Shown piece by piece: positions 7,735 through 17,135 of a stretch of DNA of 45,078 bases. The position numbers and the translations under genes are program-made. How positions within the stretch are numbered: the first letter of the stretch is position 1; every line of letters begins with the position of its first letter. This DNA is from a virus (Duplodnaviria > Caudoviricetes): IMG/VR virus record IMGVR_UViG_3300020045_007310, positions 1-45,078 of that record, one strand, 5' to 3'. The notes beneath the pieces were generated by a model, which was given only the letters and a program-made list of their open reading frames with translations, had not been told where the DNA came from and searched no databases.

Positions 7735-7980
7735 TTATTTAGATATCTTCCAAACTTCTGCATTTTTAAAAGCGTTTTCAAATTCTTTATAAACTCTATT
7801 TTTAAACTCATCTACTAGTTTTTTAGCGTTTTCTAAATTACTTGGCTCTAAAGCGTGAAATTCAACTCTTATTCCTCTATGTATTCCAGCTTGATAAGCT
7901 AATTCAACTTGTTTTTTTAAATAATTTTCTGAATACCATATTTCATCATTGCCGTTTTTTTCTCTTATTAAAACATCCAT
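7735..7980 (-). CDS. Hypothetical protein downstream of kissing-loop leader A
   Basis: ORF track. Confidence 0.75.
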   Translation of the reverse strand: MDVLIREKNGNDEIWYSENYLKKQVELAYQAGIHRGIRVEFHALEPSNLENAKKLVDEFKNRVYKEFENAFKNAEVWKISK

Positions 7981-7990
7981 AATAAATAGC

Positions 7991-8104
7991 TTTTAAAAGC
8001 AAAGCCCCGACTACTAGCGTGTAAATCGGGGCGAATGCTCAATTAGATTTCTCTAATTTTAATATTTTCCGTGTAATCCGCTAGTTAATTACTTTGCAAG
8101 TTTA
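7991..8104 (-). ncRNA. Kissing-loop leader A (putative cis-regulatory RNA/attenuator)
   Basis: -7 TAAACTTG (8097-8104); HP1 GUAAU..AUUAC with loop ACUAGCG (8079-8085); middle hairpin AAUUAGA-GAAA-UCUAAUU; GCCCCGA/UCGGGGC hairpin with loop CGCUAGU (8013-8019), then UUUGCUUUU. Confidence 0.75.
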
Positions 8105-8113
8105 CGTAATAAA

Positions 8114-8136
8114 TAGTTTAGAAACAATATAAATTA
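8114..8136. promoter_or_regulatory. 23-bp recurrent palindromic box TAGTTTAGAAACAATATAAATTA
   Basis: Overlaps the -33 region of the leader A promoter. Confidence 0.5.
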
Positions 8137-8137
8137 C

Positions 8138-8164
8138 AAAACCCACTCGGATTGAGTGGGTTTT
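8138..8164 (-). terminator. Intrinsic terminator (possibly bidirectional)
   Basis: AAAACCCACTC-ggatt-GAGTGGGTTTT perfect 11-bp stem. Confidence 0.85.
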
Positions 8165-8181
8165 AGTTCAATTTAAAAATT

Positions 8182-8921
<740 letters not shown>

Positions 8922-8934
<13 letters not shown>

Positions 8935-9221
8935 TCTCTCACAGATTTAATATTTTCTACAGCTTCTGTCGTGCATGGCAACACTTCGATAATTTGAGGC
9001 AAATAAACACCTTCTTTGTCGACAATAGTAACGGTAAATTTACAGTCATTTGGTCTTTTTGTTCCTTCAACTGCTAATTGGCTTAAAGACGCTGCACCAC
9101 TCCAATACCATAATCTTCGTGCATTTACTAAAATAACTGAATTTTCATTCAATTGTTTGATGTTTCCAAACCAAACTCCCGCAGAGTAAGTTCTAATAAT
9201 GTGGAATTTTTTCGTTTCCAT
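8922..9221 (-). CDS. DUF6948-like phage protein (start corrected to METKKF)
   Basis: IIRTYSAGVWFG...NARRLWYWSGAASLSQLA; this family is typically adjacent to GSGYG-repeat genes (recalled, unverified). Confidence 0.8.
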
Positions 9222-9236
9222 AATAAATAATGTTTT

Positions 9237-9347
9237 AAAAAGAAAAACGCCCAAACTGCTAGAGGCAATAAGGGCGAAATTCTAAAATTGATATTGAATC
9301 AATGATGTTTTTCAATGTGAGCCTCTAGTTTCACAATGGCAATATTA
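9237..9347 (-). ncRNA. Kissing-loop leader B
   Basis: -7 TAATATTG (9340-9347); HP1 UGUGA..UCACA with loop containing CUAGAGGC (9321-9328); middle hairpin AUUGAU/AUCAAU; CGCCC/GGGCG hairpin with loop GCCUCUAG (9259-9266), then UUUUUCUUUUU. Confidence 0.75.
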
Positions 9348-9381
9348 CAAAACACAATTCAAATAACCAACACATAACCAT

Positions 9382-9404
9382 TAATTTATATTTAGTCTAA
9401 GTAA
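9382..9404. promoter_or_regulatory. 23-bp recurrent palindromic box TAATTTATATTTAGTCTAAGTAA
   Basis: Upstream of the leader B promoter. Confidence 0.5.
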
Positions 9405-9493
9405 AATGTAAAAATAAGATAATTTAAAAGTGTTTATTTCTACATTTTTGCACAAATAAGAGATTTTTTAAGTTATTAGTATCTTATTTGAAC

Positions 9494-9525
9494 AAAAAAA
9501 CCGCCTAGTAGGTTTTCAGCGGTTT
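9494..9525 (-). terminator. Intrinsic terminator ending the late/lysis transcript
   Basis: AAACCGC/GCGGTTT stem with a U-run on the minus strand. Confidence 0.65.
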
Positions 9526-9564
9526 AATAATCGTAAATATTCTCCCAAAGGTTACGATGTTTGG

Positions 9565-9846
9565 CTATTCTGCTAACTCGTAAGTAGCTTCAAAAATATC
9601 TTTTTTGCATGGATAAATTTCGCCTTTAACGCCAGTAATTAACATATCGTTTGGCGTCATTTTCATCGTTCCTTCTAGAGTAGGAATTAAATAACATTCG
9701 TCATTTTCGTGAGATATTGCGTGTCCGTTATAATCCCAACTCCAAGGCATATCATTTACCACATTTGCGCCATTTTCTAAACCGTGTTTTACTAATTCAT
9801 CGAATGTAATCGCTTCAATTACTACTGGTTTCTTTCTAAATTTCAT
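9565..9846 (-). CDS. Conserved phage protein (KKPVVIEA...IPTLEG..GEIYPCKKDIF; PGDYG-like)
   Basis: Widespread phage family motif; function unknown. Confidence 0.85.
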   Translation of the reverse strand: MKFRKKPVVIEAITFDELVKHGLENGANVVNDMPWSWDYNGHAISHENDECYLIPTLEGTMKMTPNDMLITGVKGEIYPCKKDIFEATYELAE

Positions 9847-9859
9847 TGTATTTATATTT

Positions 9860-10036
9860 TTAAGTTAATATCTCATCTTCAATCGGTGCTTTACCGTACC
9901 ATTTATTAATTACTTTTTCAACTCTTACATACTCACGCCCACGCTTAACAAATTCAAATCTAGTAACCTTTACCGTTTTTCTAATCGAAGCGGTTAAATG
10001 TTTTTGTTTGAAGTTGCCAGCTGGGAATAGGTTCAT
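9860..10036 (-). CDS. Basic hypothetical protein, 58 aa (MNLFPAGNFKQKHL...)
   Basis: Hand-translated; ATGA-coupled to the endolysin stop. Confidence 0.55.
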   Translation of the reverse strand: MNLFPAGNFKQKHLTASIRKTVKVTRFEFVKRGREYVRVEKVINKWYGKAPIEDEILT

Positions 10037-10473
10037 GGATGCACAAATAAAGCAAATTTTACATTCCTAACTCTACGCATTACTTGACCGCCGTTTGAAT
10101 CATTACCGACTGATGTATTTCCCTCGATCGTTTCGAAAGTATCTTTAGTTAGCCATTTAACAAATAACCCCGTATGGTCGTAACGCCCGTCTAATTGCCA
10201 ATCAAAAAACACGATATCGCCCTCAATTGGCTTAGTTGTGGTTTTTCCGTTCTTTTTAAAATAAGCTACTGCGGTTTGACAACCAGCAAAGCCTTTAGTA
10301 AATCCAATTTTAGGTAGTTGTTGGTTTGCCATAGCATAGCACCAACTAACGAATATTCCGCACCATGCAACACCGTTTAAACCGAACCATTTACTGTAAG
10401 ACGTGTTATTGCTATTTGCCGGAACTTCTGTTTTGCCTATTTCTTTTGTGGCTATTTCTATAATTTTGTTCAT
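10033..10473 (-). CDS. Endolysin, CHAP-domain amidase/peptidase
   Basis: AWCGIFVSWC catalytic Cys; GDIVFF; DHTGLF His; TIEGNT. Confidence 0.9.
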   Translation of the reverse strand: MNKIIEIATKEIGKTEVPANSNNTSYSKWFGLNGVAWCGIFVSWCYAMANQQLPKIGFTKGFAGCQTAVAYFKKNGKTTTKPIEGDIVFFDWQLDGRYDHTGLFVKWLTKDTFETIEGNTSVGNDSNGGQVMRRVRNVKFALFVHP

Positions 10474-10476
10474 ATC

Positions 10477-10590
10477 TTAAAGTTTACATTTATCAGCGTA
10501 ACATACATATAAAAATCCAATTACCAGCACGCAAAAAAAGAATGCTGAAAAGAATGGATGTGTTTCAACTAGGTAGTGTAATTTGCTCAT
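10477..10590 (-). CDS. 37-aa single-TM protein (MSKLHYLVETHPFFSAFFFCVLVIGFLYVCYADKCKL)
   Basis: Hand-translated; directly upstream of the endolysin. Confidence 0.6.
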   Translation of the reverse strand: MSKLHYLVETHPFFSAFFFCVLVIGFLYVCYADKCKL

Positions 10591-10730
10591 TTCTTAGGTG
10601 TTTTAAAATAATAAAAGATTGAATCGCAAAAACTCTTATTAGCTTTTTCGATTGACTTATCTAACTGCGCCATTGTTTTGCGTAGCTCTTGTTTCAATTC
10701 TTGTTTGCCGTCTGGTGTTGCTGTACACAT
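10587..10730 (-). CDS. 47-aa hypothetical protein (MCTATPDGKQELKQEL...)
   Basis: Hand-translated; coupled to both neighbours. Confidence 0.6.
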   Translation of the reverse strand: MCTATPDGKQELKQELRKTMAQLDKSIEKANKSFCDSIFYYFKTPKK

Positions 10731-10999
10731 CATTTTTTTAATTCAATCATATTCTTAACGAAATCATTGTAACTATTGTTTACTTTGATTAACGTTTCAT
10801 TAAACTGTCTTAATTCGGTCATGTGGTCTTTATTCAAACGTTCAACGTTCTTATAAAGGTATATAATAGTAAAGCCAAAGGCTAATATAATCGCTATTAA
10901 TATTCCGACTATTGTAGCGTCATTCCACGAAACAACCTCGTGTAATTGCGCTGTGGTCTGCAAGCTATGATTCATTATTTCTGCGTTTAGATATTTCAA
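10730..10999 (-). CDS. Single-TM plus coiled-coil protein, holin-like (start probably MNHSL)
   Basis: IVGILIAIILAFGFTIIYLY followed by a helical tail; lysis-region context. Confidence 0.65.
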   Translation of the reverse strand: MKYLNAEIMNHSLQTTAQLHEVVSWNDATIVGILIAIILAFGFTIIYLYKNVERLNKDHMTELRQFNETLIKVNNSYNDFVKNMIELKK

Positions 11000-11339
11000 A
11001 GATAATAGATAATATTATAGCTACAAAACAAATTGAAATATTGAATAAAAATTGATATTTAGGATACGGAATAAATACTCCTAAAATATCAGTTAGGTTT
11101 ACAATAATTAAGGCAAAAGGGGACAATCTAGTAACCCAGCAATAGGATTTATTAAACCAAAAAACATATAAAAAAACAGCGTCAGTCATTAATGAATAAC
11201 CAACGCTGTTTCCTAAAATAATATAGTCTAAAGACTTTTCAAGTTGATAATATTTATAATCATAAAAATTACTTGCAATAGTAGCCAATAGCATAACTAT
11301 TGGAACTAAATACAAATAGTTTTTAAAGATTTGTTTCAT
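10965..11339 (-). CDS. Multi-TM membrane protein
   Basis: About 4 hydrophobic segments. Confidence 0.75.
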   Translation of the reverse strand: MKQIFKNYLYLVPIVMLLATIASNFYDYKYYQLEKSLDYIILGNSVGYSLMTDAVFLYVFWFNKSYCWVTRLSPFALIIVNLTDILGVFIPYPKYQFLFNISICFVAIILSIIFEISKRRNNES

Positions 11340-11626
11340 TATCTTTTTGGGTTTTTAATACCGCCACCACCAATAAACACAACTTCTAAACCATAAACCG
11401 TTTCTGCGATTGCTTTAATATCGTCGATTGCTTTTTGTTCGTCAGAGTTAGGAATCCAATTAACCCAATCCTCGATAAATTCTTTTACAGGTTCGATTGC
11501 TTCGCCTTGTGTGTTTTCAGTTCTACCTTGTGCGCCAGCTTGGTAAAGCAAATACATACCAACTTCTAAAGCCTCTTGAACTTCGGGCTTATTATCCTCT
11601 GCGCCTCTTAATGTGAATTTTTGCAT
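11339..11626 (-). CDS. Hypothetical protein
   Basis: ORF track. Confidence 0.75.
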   Translation of the reverse strand: MQKFTLRGAEDNKPEVQEALEVGMYLLYQAGAQGRTENTQGEAIEPVKEFIEDWVNWIPNSDEQKAIDDIKAIAETVYGLEVVFIGGGGIKNPKR

Positions 11627-11631
11627 AATAA

Positions 11632-11859
11632 TTAAGCGTTAGGTTGTCCCTCAAAGAACGTTGCTACAATATACAAACCGCCCGCTAAAATAGCACCGTT
11701 AACCAATGTGTGCCAATCACTAAAAGCGGTTAAAAAATCAAAATTAGGTTGTGCAAAAGCATTTTTAGCAAAAACCATAACAGAACCTAAAACAGCCAAT
11801 TTTAAACCTTTCAAAAATTCCCTAAGGTTAATGCTGTATTTGTTAGATACTTCTTTCAT
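11632..11859 (-). CDS. Holin-like 2-TM protein (start corrected to MKEVSNKY)
   Basis: SINLREFLKGLKLAVLGSV...WHTLVNGAILAGGLYIV resembles phage holins. Confidence 0.65.
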   Translation of the reverse strand: MKEVSNKYSINLREFLKGLKLAVLGSVMVFAKNAFAQPNFDFLTAFSDWHTLVNGAILAGGLYIVATFFEGQPNA

Positions 11860-11869
11860 ATATATAAAT

Positions 11870-12127
11870 TTATTGATTACTAATTTGTTCCGATTCGTTA
11901 TTGTTTTTATATTTTTTGTCAAGCACATTGACGCCAAATAAAAGTGTTATAATTCCACCGTCAACACCTAAAACAGCTACTATATTACTACTGTCTACAA
12001 ATTTATGCGAATAGCAATAAGCCACCGTTATAGAAAATGCTGTTAATTTCTTTGCAGAAAAACCTTTGTTGCCGTTGCTAAACGAATCGTAAAGGTCAGA
12101 TATTGCGCTGTTGAATATTTTAAACAT
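11870..12127 (-). CDS. Small 2-TM protein, holin-like
   Basis: FSAKKLTAF TM1, TM2, charged C-terminus. Confidence 0.65.
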   Translation of the reverse strand: MFKIFNSAISDLYDSFSNGNKGFSAKKLTAFSITVAYCYSHKFVDSSNIVAVLGVDGGIITLLFGVNVLDKKYKNNNESEQISNQ

Positions 12128-12130
12128 AAC

Positions 12131-12532
12131 TTAATAATCGATTTTTACCCTCGTTTCTCTACTTCTCCACATTCTAACGAAATACAATACTACAAAAATA
12201 GTTGATATAATGCTAGAAATCAATAGAAAAGTAAATGATGGTTCAATATAAATAGCTGTAATACCACCTATAACACCACATACGGTCATGTTAATAAGGT
12301 CGCCTTTGCTTGACGGCATACGTAGTAAATTTTGTTCTACTACCTTTTCCCAAATATAACCAAGTACAATACCTACACCAAAACCAATTATTCCAAAAAA
12401 GAACGGATTTTCAGTTTTAGGGAACGTATCACGCCCGATCATTTCAACTACATCAAACATTATAAGAATGATTATAATTGAATGAGCAACGTTGTATAGA
12501 AATCCTTTTTGTTTTTCTGTTAGTTTAATCAT
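12131..12532 (-). CDS. 4-TM membrane protein
   Basis: Four hydrophobic segments; H..GYIWEK..D motif. Confidence 0.75.
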   Translation of the reverse strand: MIKLTEKQKGFLYNVAHSIIIILIMFDVVEMIGRDTFPKTENPFFFGIIGFGVGIVLGYIWEKVVEQNLLRMPSSKGDLINMTVCGVIGGITAIYIEPSFTFLLISSIISTIFVVLYFVRMWRSRETRVKIDY

Positions 12533-12550
12533 TTTCTAAAGGGTTTTAAA

Positions 12551-15500
12551 TTAATAATTAGGGAAAACGGTTGCAGAAAAATTCAAAGTTCCAGTTACCG
12601 AAGCATTGAAATTAATTCTAAAACTTACTTCTGTTTTATTTGATATGTAATGATTATCAAGCGAACTAGCCGTAAAAGAATCCTCTGGCGATATGTTTAC
12701 AGCGAATTTTTTACTACCAATCAAATTCCAAACGTATCCTTCGCCAAACGTTACGTCAAGTGTTGTCGCAGAAATTAAGGCTTGCGATACTTCTTTATTA
12801 ATATAAAAAGTATTTCTTATAACTTCCTCTTTTTTAGATAAAGCCCCATTCTTTACATTAACTAAATCCAACTCCATTAATGAGCCTAAACCATCACCTC
12901 CGTTTTCAACTTCATTATTCCAGGCCGTAGCAAAAAATCTATCTGAAATTTTAGTAATTTCATTTAAATGCAATCCTTCTTTATTAACGTAAACAGTAGA
13001 TGCTGATTTAGGATTTATAGCTCCTAAAGCAGAAGCTATTAAGTTTTCGCCAGTCCAAGCCTCAATAAAACCATTAATGCACGAGCTATAAAGAATAAAG
13101 TTTTCATCGTCCCAATAACATCCAGTAGAAGGCAACCCATCAAGTGCATACCTTTCTTTAGTTGTTAAGTTAAATAAATAATGCCCTTTGTCTCCTAATG
13201 AGCGTAATTCAGAGGGTAAAAACAACCACGAATCAAAACTCATAGAAGAATTTGCATCTAAAATATAGGCAATGTCATCCGTTACATTATATCCAGCTAA
13301 ATAATCTGTGAACGATAAGTCGCTAGGGTTTATAACAGCTACATAACAATTGTTGCCAGACTGAACAAAATATAATTCAGATTTATCGTAATTCCATTCA
13401 CCAGAATGCACCTCTCTACGACCAGTCCATTGCACATTCTCAACTTCGCTGTAATCAGTTGCGTCTAGCTTTATAAAATAAGCGTTTGGAGATTGATTCG
13501 TGCCAATATAAATATAATCATCGTCTGTAAATATAACAGCTCCTGAAAGAATTGTTCCTTGAGACAATGTTAAATCAATAATATCGTAATCCGAAATGTC
13601 GTCAATATCATTAATAACCAATAGCTTATTTGTACTTAAACAGGAATATATTTTACCTAAAGTTTCGTTGTAAGCCAAATACTCTATCGTACCTAAACCA
13701 GACGAAGGCAATGTTATTTTTTGAAAAACAGATAAATCATTTAAGTCTGGAAATCTAAGCAAATCAGAAGGGTTTGTTCTAGTTCCGTAATACTGAACAG
13801 TGCCAATCTTTAAATCTCCGTGCGCATTTCTAAAAGTATCGGCTGGACAACGATTAATGATTTTTGCTGTTGATATTTCGTATTCAGATACCGAACCACC
13901 ACTACTCTTACTAACAACCGTCAAATGCCATATCTGAATCAAATCAGTACTATTCTTGCCATTCAATTTAAGCATGCATACATCTTCTGGTTGCAATGTA
14001 ATATCAGTTACTCTTGCGCCTTGATAAAATACATAAGCATCCGTAGTGAATCGATAAGGAAGTAATGTTACATCGGTTGGCGTAACATTGTCCTCAATAT
14101 ATCCAGCTTGCCATCTAATAGTAGCGTTATCAGGCATTATAACATCTTTATCCAAAAACACACCACCCGTGCCTACATCGTCAGTAATGAAATAGTTTTC
14201 GGTTAATTCACGCCCTAAGTCAAAGGTAACAAATGTGTTGTTTGGGATAGGTATTGTGTATGGTGTTATGTCGCCTTGCGTCAGTACTTGGATAAGGTTA
14301 GGCGTTTCTACAATTGGGTTTAAAGGGTCTGTATTATCAACCAAATCGCCCGTAACGCTCTCAACTCCACCGCCTGTACTCTCTGGCACAAACAATTTAT
14401 TATCCAATCCTAACACCAAAGCATTATCGGCATCGGTACTAATTAAATCTACTGGGTCAACTGAATTTTCTAGGGTGTCTTTGGATAAGCCGAAAGCCCA
14501 AATATTAGTTTCTACTAAATGAGCCGAAAATTTTATTTCAGACGAAGATGTACAATCTATCGTAACAGTGGTTGAAGAGCCGTTGTATTTAAATTGACAA
14601 TAACCTCCCTCTTGAACGCTTCCTAATAATTCAACGCCTTTATTATAATCAAAAAAATCATCTACTATGTCAACTTCAACTGGCGTATCGTTAATAAAGT
14701 ATAAGTAATCAACTGCGTCGGTAATTACTAAAGTATATACACCCGATGGACATTGAACTGGATCTGAAGTGTCTATAACTTTAACAGTACGACCGCCTTG
14801 CGTCAGCACTTGGGGTAGGTTTGGTAATGCACTCCCACCCATAATCCACAAATCCTCAACTCTTTCGATAAATAATTCGACTAAAATAGGGTGGTAGTTT
14901 TTACCTACTCCCGTTTCAACCGTTGAGGGTGCGCCTGTATGGTCTTGACCGACTTTTGATGTTTTAACAACTTTTCCCAAAGCCGTACCCGAAACTAAAG
15001 TATATCCGTTAACTGTTGGACCAGTACCAGCATCGTTAACACCTTTTTTAGTCACACCTCCCGTTACTAAAACTGCCGAATCAGCCTCATGCGCTACCAA
15101 TACAGTATTTTCAAATCCATAAGGAATACCAACGTTTGCGAACTTTGTACCTTGATTAAGTAATGAACGGTCTTGCGCATCCCTAGTTCCGTTTTGTCCG
15201 TTACGCTTCGCCCAACCAACCATTTCGTTAATACCTAAACCAGTAACGTCAAAATTAGCGTCAATCCATGTTTGAGTTCGGTTGATAGATATTGCGTCGC
15301 CTTTTGTCCAAACCTTAACTGGTGGTTGTGGTGTTGTATTGCTTAAATACGGTGGATAATTCAAAGATGTTAACAAAGCAATTAATCCATCTGCGCCCGT
15401 GAATGAAATCGGACTAGATGAAATGCTTTCGTTTATTACTTGTACGTCACTAATCGAAACTGAACGACTTGGAATATTAGAGCCGTTTCTAGGCTCGATT

Positions 15501-15619
15501 ACGAATGTTTCAGCGACAGCTTCAATAATTACATCAAAGTCGCTTAAATGCACTTTTGTAGCATTATTGTTGTATAAGTGCCACCAAACACCAGCTACGT
15601 CTTTTAGTATTGTGAACAT
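12551..15619 (-). CDS. Tail fibre / receptor-binding protein (modular)
   Basis: Tail-collar-like GWAKRNGQNGTRDAQDR; fibre linker motifs (ISTDADNALVLGLDNKLFV, VESVTGDLVDNTDPLNP); C-terminal repeat region, probably a beta-propeller; located at the end of the tail module. Confidence 0.75.
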   Translation of the reverse strand: MFTILKDVAGVWWHLYNNNATKVHLSDFDVIIEAVAETFVIEPRNGSNIPSRSVSISDVQVINESISSSPISFTGADGLIALLTSLNYPPYLSNTTPQPPVKVWTKGDAISINRTQTWIDANFDVTGLGINEMVGWAKRNGQNGTRDAQDRSLLNQGTKFANVGIPYGFENTVLVAHEADSAVLVTGGVTKKGVNDAGTGPTVNGYTLVSGTALGKVVKTSKVGQDHTGAPSTVETGVGKNYHPILVELFIERVEDLWIMGGSALPNLPQVLTQGGRTVKVIDTSDPVQCPSGVYTLVITDAVDYLYFINDTPVEVDIVDDFFDYNKGVELLGSVQEGGYCQFKYNGSSTTVTIDCTSSSEIKFSAHLVETNIWAFGLSKDTLENSVDPVDLISTDADNALVLGLDNKLFVPESTGGGVESVTGDLVDNTDPLNPIVETPNLIQVLTQGDITPYTIPIPNNTFVTFDLGRELTENYFITDDVGTGGVFLDKDVIMPDNATIRWQAGYIEDNVTPTDVTLLPYRFTTDAYVFYQGARVTDITLQPEDVCMLKLNGKNSTDLIQIWHLTVVSKSSGGSVSEYEISTAKIINRCPADTFRNAHGDLKIGTVQYYGTRTNPSDLLRFPDLNDLSVFQKITLPSSGLGTIEYLAYNETLGKIYSCLSTNKLLVINDIDDISDYDIIDLTLSQGTILSGAVIFTDDDYIYIGTNQSPNAYFIKLDATDYSEVENVQWTGRREVHSGEWNYDKSELYFVQSGNNCYVAVINPSDLSFTDYLAGYNVTDDIAYILDANSSMSFDSWLFLPSELRSLGDKGHYLFNLTTKERYALDGLPSTGCYWDDENFILYSSCINGFIEAWTGENLIASALGAINPKSASTVYVNKEGLHLNEITKISDRFFATAWNNEVENGGDGLGSLMELDLVNVKNGALSKKEEVIRNTFYINKEVSQALISATTLDVTFGEGYVWNLIGSKKFAVNISPEDSFTASSLDNHYISNKTEVSFRINFNASVTGTLNFSATVFPNY

Positions 15620-15625
15620 ATCTTA

Positions 15626-16633
15626 TTAATATGAATTAGTGTGTTCGATTGCAATAGTTTTTCTATTGCTAATATCTACATCTGCGCCTTTCGGAATCAA
15701 ATATATTTCTCCACCATATTGTAAAAAATTAGCATCTACGGGAATTTCAAATATATTGTAAATAGTTTGAATTTCCCCAACGCCTTTATGTAATAAATGA
15801 GATCGTGATTGAATCAATACATCATTTACTTTGAATATAATATCGATATGGTTGTCAACACCAGCTGGTACTTCTGCATCAAAAGCCGTTACAACATGAA
15901 ATAATGCATTTACTCTAGTTGGTTGAAACTGCCCCGTAACATTAATTAAACTACTAACGCAATTCGTTGTTGAAACACCGATAAACTCGTTTCCGTTTTC
16001 CGTATCTTCTGTTAATGTATTCGTACCGCTTGAATCATATCTTTGTTGCCATTTTTGCGACAAATTAGTAGGTGGCACATAAAACGGCGGTGCTTGTAAT
16101 GCTTTATCGTTGTAGAATAATCCGAACCCATCAATGTAAATAACCGTGTCAACCGTGTCGCATTGTGTTGTAAACGCAAATGAAACTTCATCATCTGCAT
16201 TTAGATTGAATACCGAATAAAAAGTATTAACTTGACCGTCTACAAATCCACCACTTAAATAAACATCACTTACGAAAGTATTGGCACTTGTTAAAATACC
16301 GCCTACATACATTTCAACTGTAAAGCTTACATCCGCATCCTCTTCGTTTTTGTATACTTCCCAAACTAAGTAGTATTGACCCGTTCTAGGAACTACATAA
16401 GTCGTTAAATCACCATCGCTAGTGAATGTTATTGGCGAAGCGCCACTTAAATATCTAACTTTCATTGAACGTTCACCGTAAATCGGATATTCGTCAGAAT
16501 TGGTAATTAATGCGTTGCCAGAACCGCTTGTGATACTCCAAGTAATATCCTCGTTAAAAGTCATAAACTCCGATACTAAGTTATTACAACTTTTCGGCTC
16601 TCGTATATTGGTTATTAATGCTTGTGTTGACAT
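15626..16633 (-). CDS. Tail-associated protein, probable carbohydrate-binding-like beta sandwich
   Basis: NNLV..F.TFN..W...YGERSMKV...IYIDGFGL resembles CBM-like folds; tail context. Confidence 0.6.
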   Translation of the reverse strand: MSTQALITNIREPKSCNNLVSEFMTFNEDITWSITSGSGNALITNSDEYPIYGERSMKVRYLSGASPITFTSDGDLTTYVVPRTGQYYLVWEVYKNEEDADVSFTVEMYVGGILTSANTFVSDVYLSGGFVDGQVNTFYSVFNLNADDEVSFAFTTQCDTVDTVIYIDGFGLFYNDKALQAPPFYVPPTNLSQKWQQRYDSSGTNTLTEDTENGNEFIGVSTTNCVSSLINVTGQFQPTRVNALFHVVTAFDAEVPAGVDNHIDIIFKVNDVLIQSRSHLLHKGVGEIQTIYNIFEIPVDANFLQYGGEIYLIPKGADVDISNRKTIAIEHTNSY

Positions 16634-16639
16634 AATTTA

Positions 16640-17128
16640 TTAATTTGCTACTTTATATTGCCCGTTAAAATTGTAGTATAATGACCCAGTATTTAAGTCG
16701 CCAAATATTTCAACACCATTTGCTGAAACTTTTATTTTTGTAGAAGTATTTAGGTTTGCTGTATCGTAAACCATCGGTACGTAAACTGGCGAGGTTAACA
16801 ACGGCTCATACAATCCTGTAGCAAAATCAATTATTTTCATGCTTGAAATATTGCTAGTTGAACTGTTGCGAATCTTACCGTTAAAATAAACCGTATTACC
16901 GCTTTTCCAAAAATGAACGGTAAATATTAATGTACCGCTTGCTATTCCGCTTTCAACTACAATATCAGTAGTTGGCGAAACCGAACTTGTGCCGTTCCAT
17001 TCTACTTTTACGGGTGTTGGGAATAGTTCGCCTTTTAGCGCGTTCCAACATGCTAAAGCCTCAACCGCTGTATTTGCACCGCCTGTTGTTATTGCTCCAA
17101 AAACTGTATTTATTTGTGATTCAGTCAT
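16640..17128 (-). CDS. Minor tail / fibre-tip-like protein
   Basis: FWKSGNTVYFNGKI...EP motif typical of phage RBP head domains. Confidence 0.6.
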   Translation of the reverse strand: MTESQINTVFGAITTGGANTAVEALACWNALKGELFPTPVKVEWNGTSSVSPTTDIVVESGIASGTLIFTVHFWKSGNTVYFNGKIRNSSTSNISSMKIIDFATGLYEPLLTSPVYVPMVYDTANLNTSTKIKVSANGVEIFGDLNTGSLYYNFNGQYKVAN

Positions 17129-17135
17129 CTTATTA

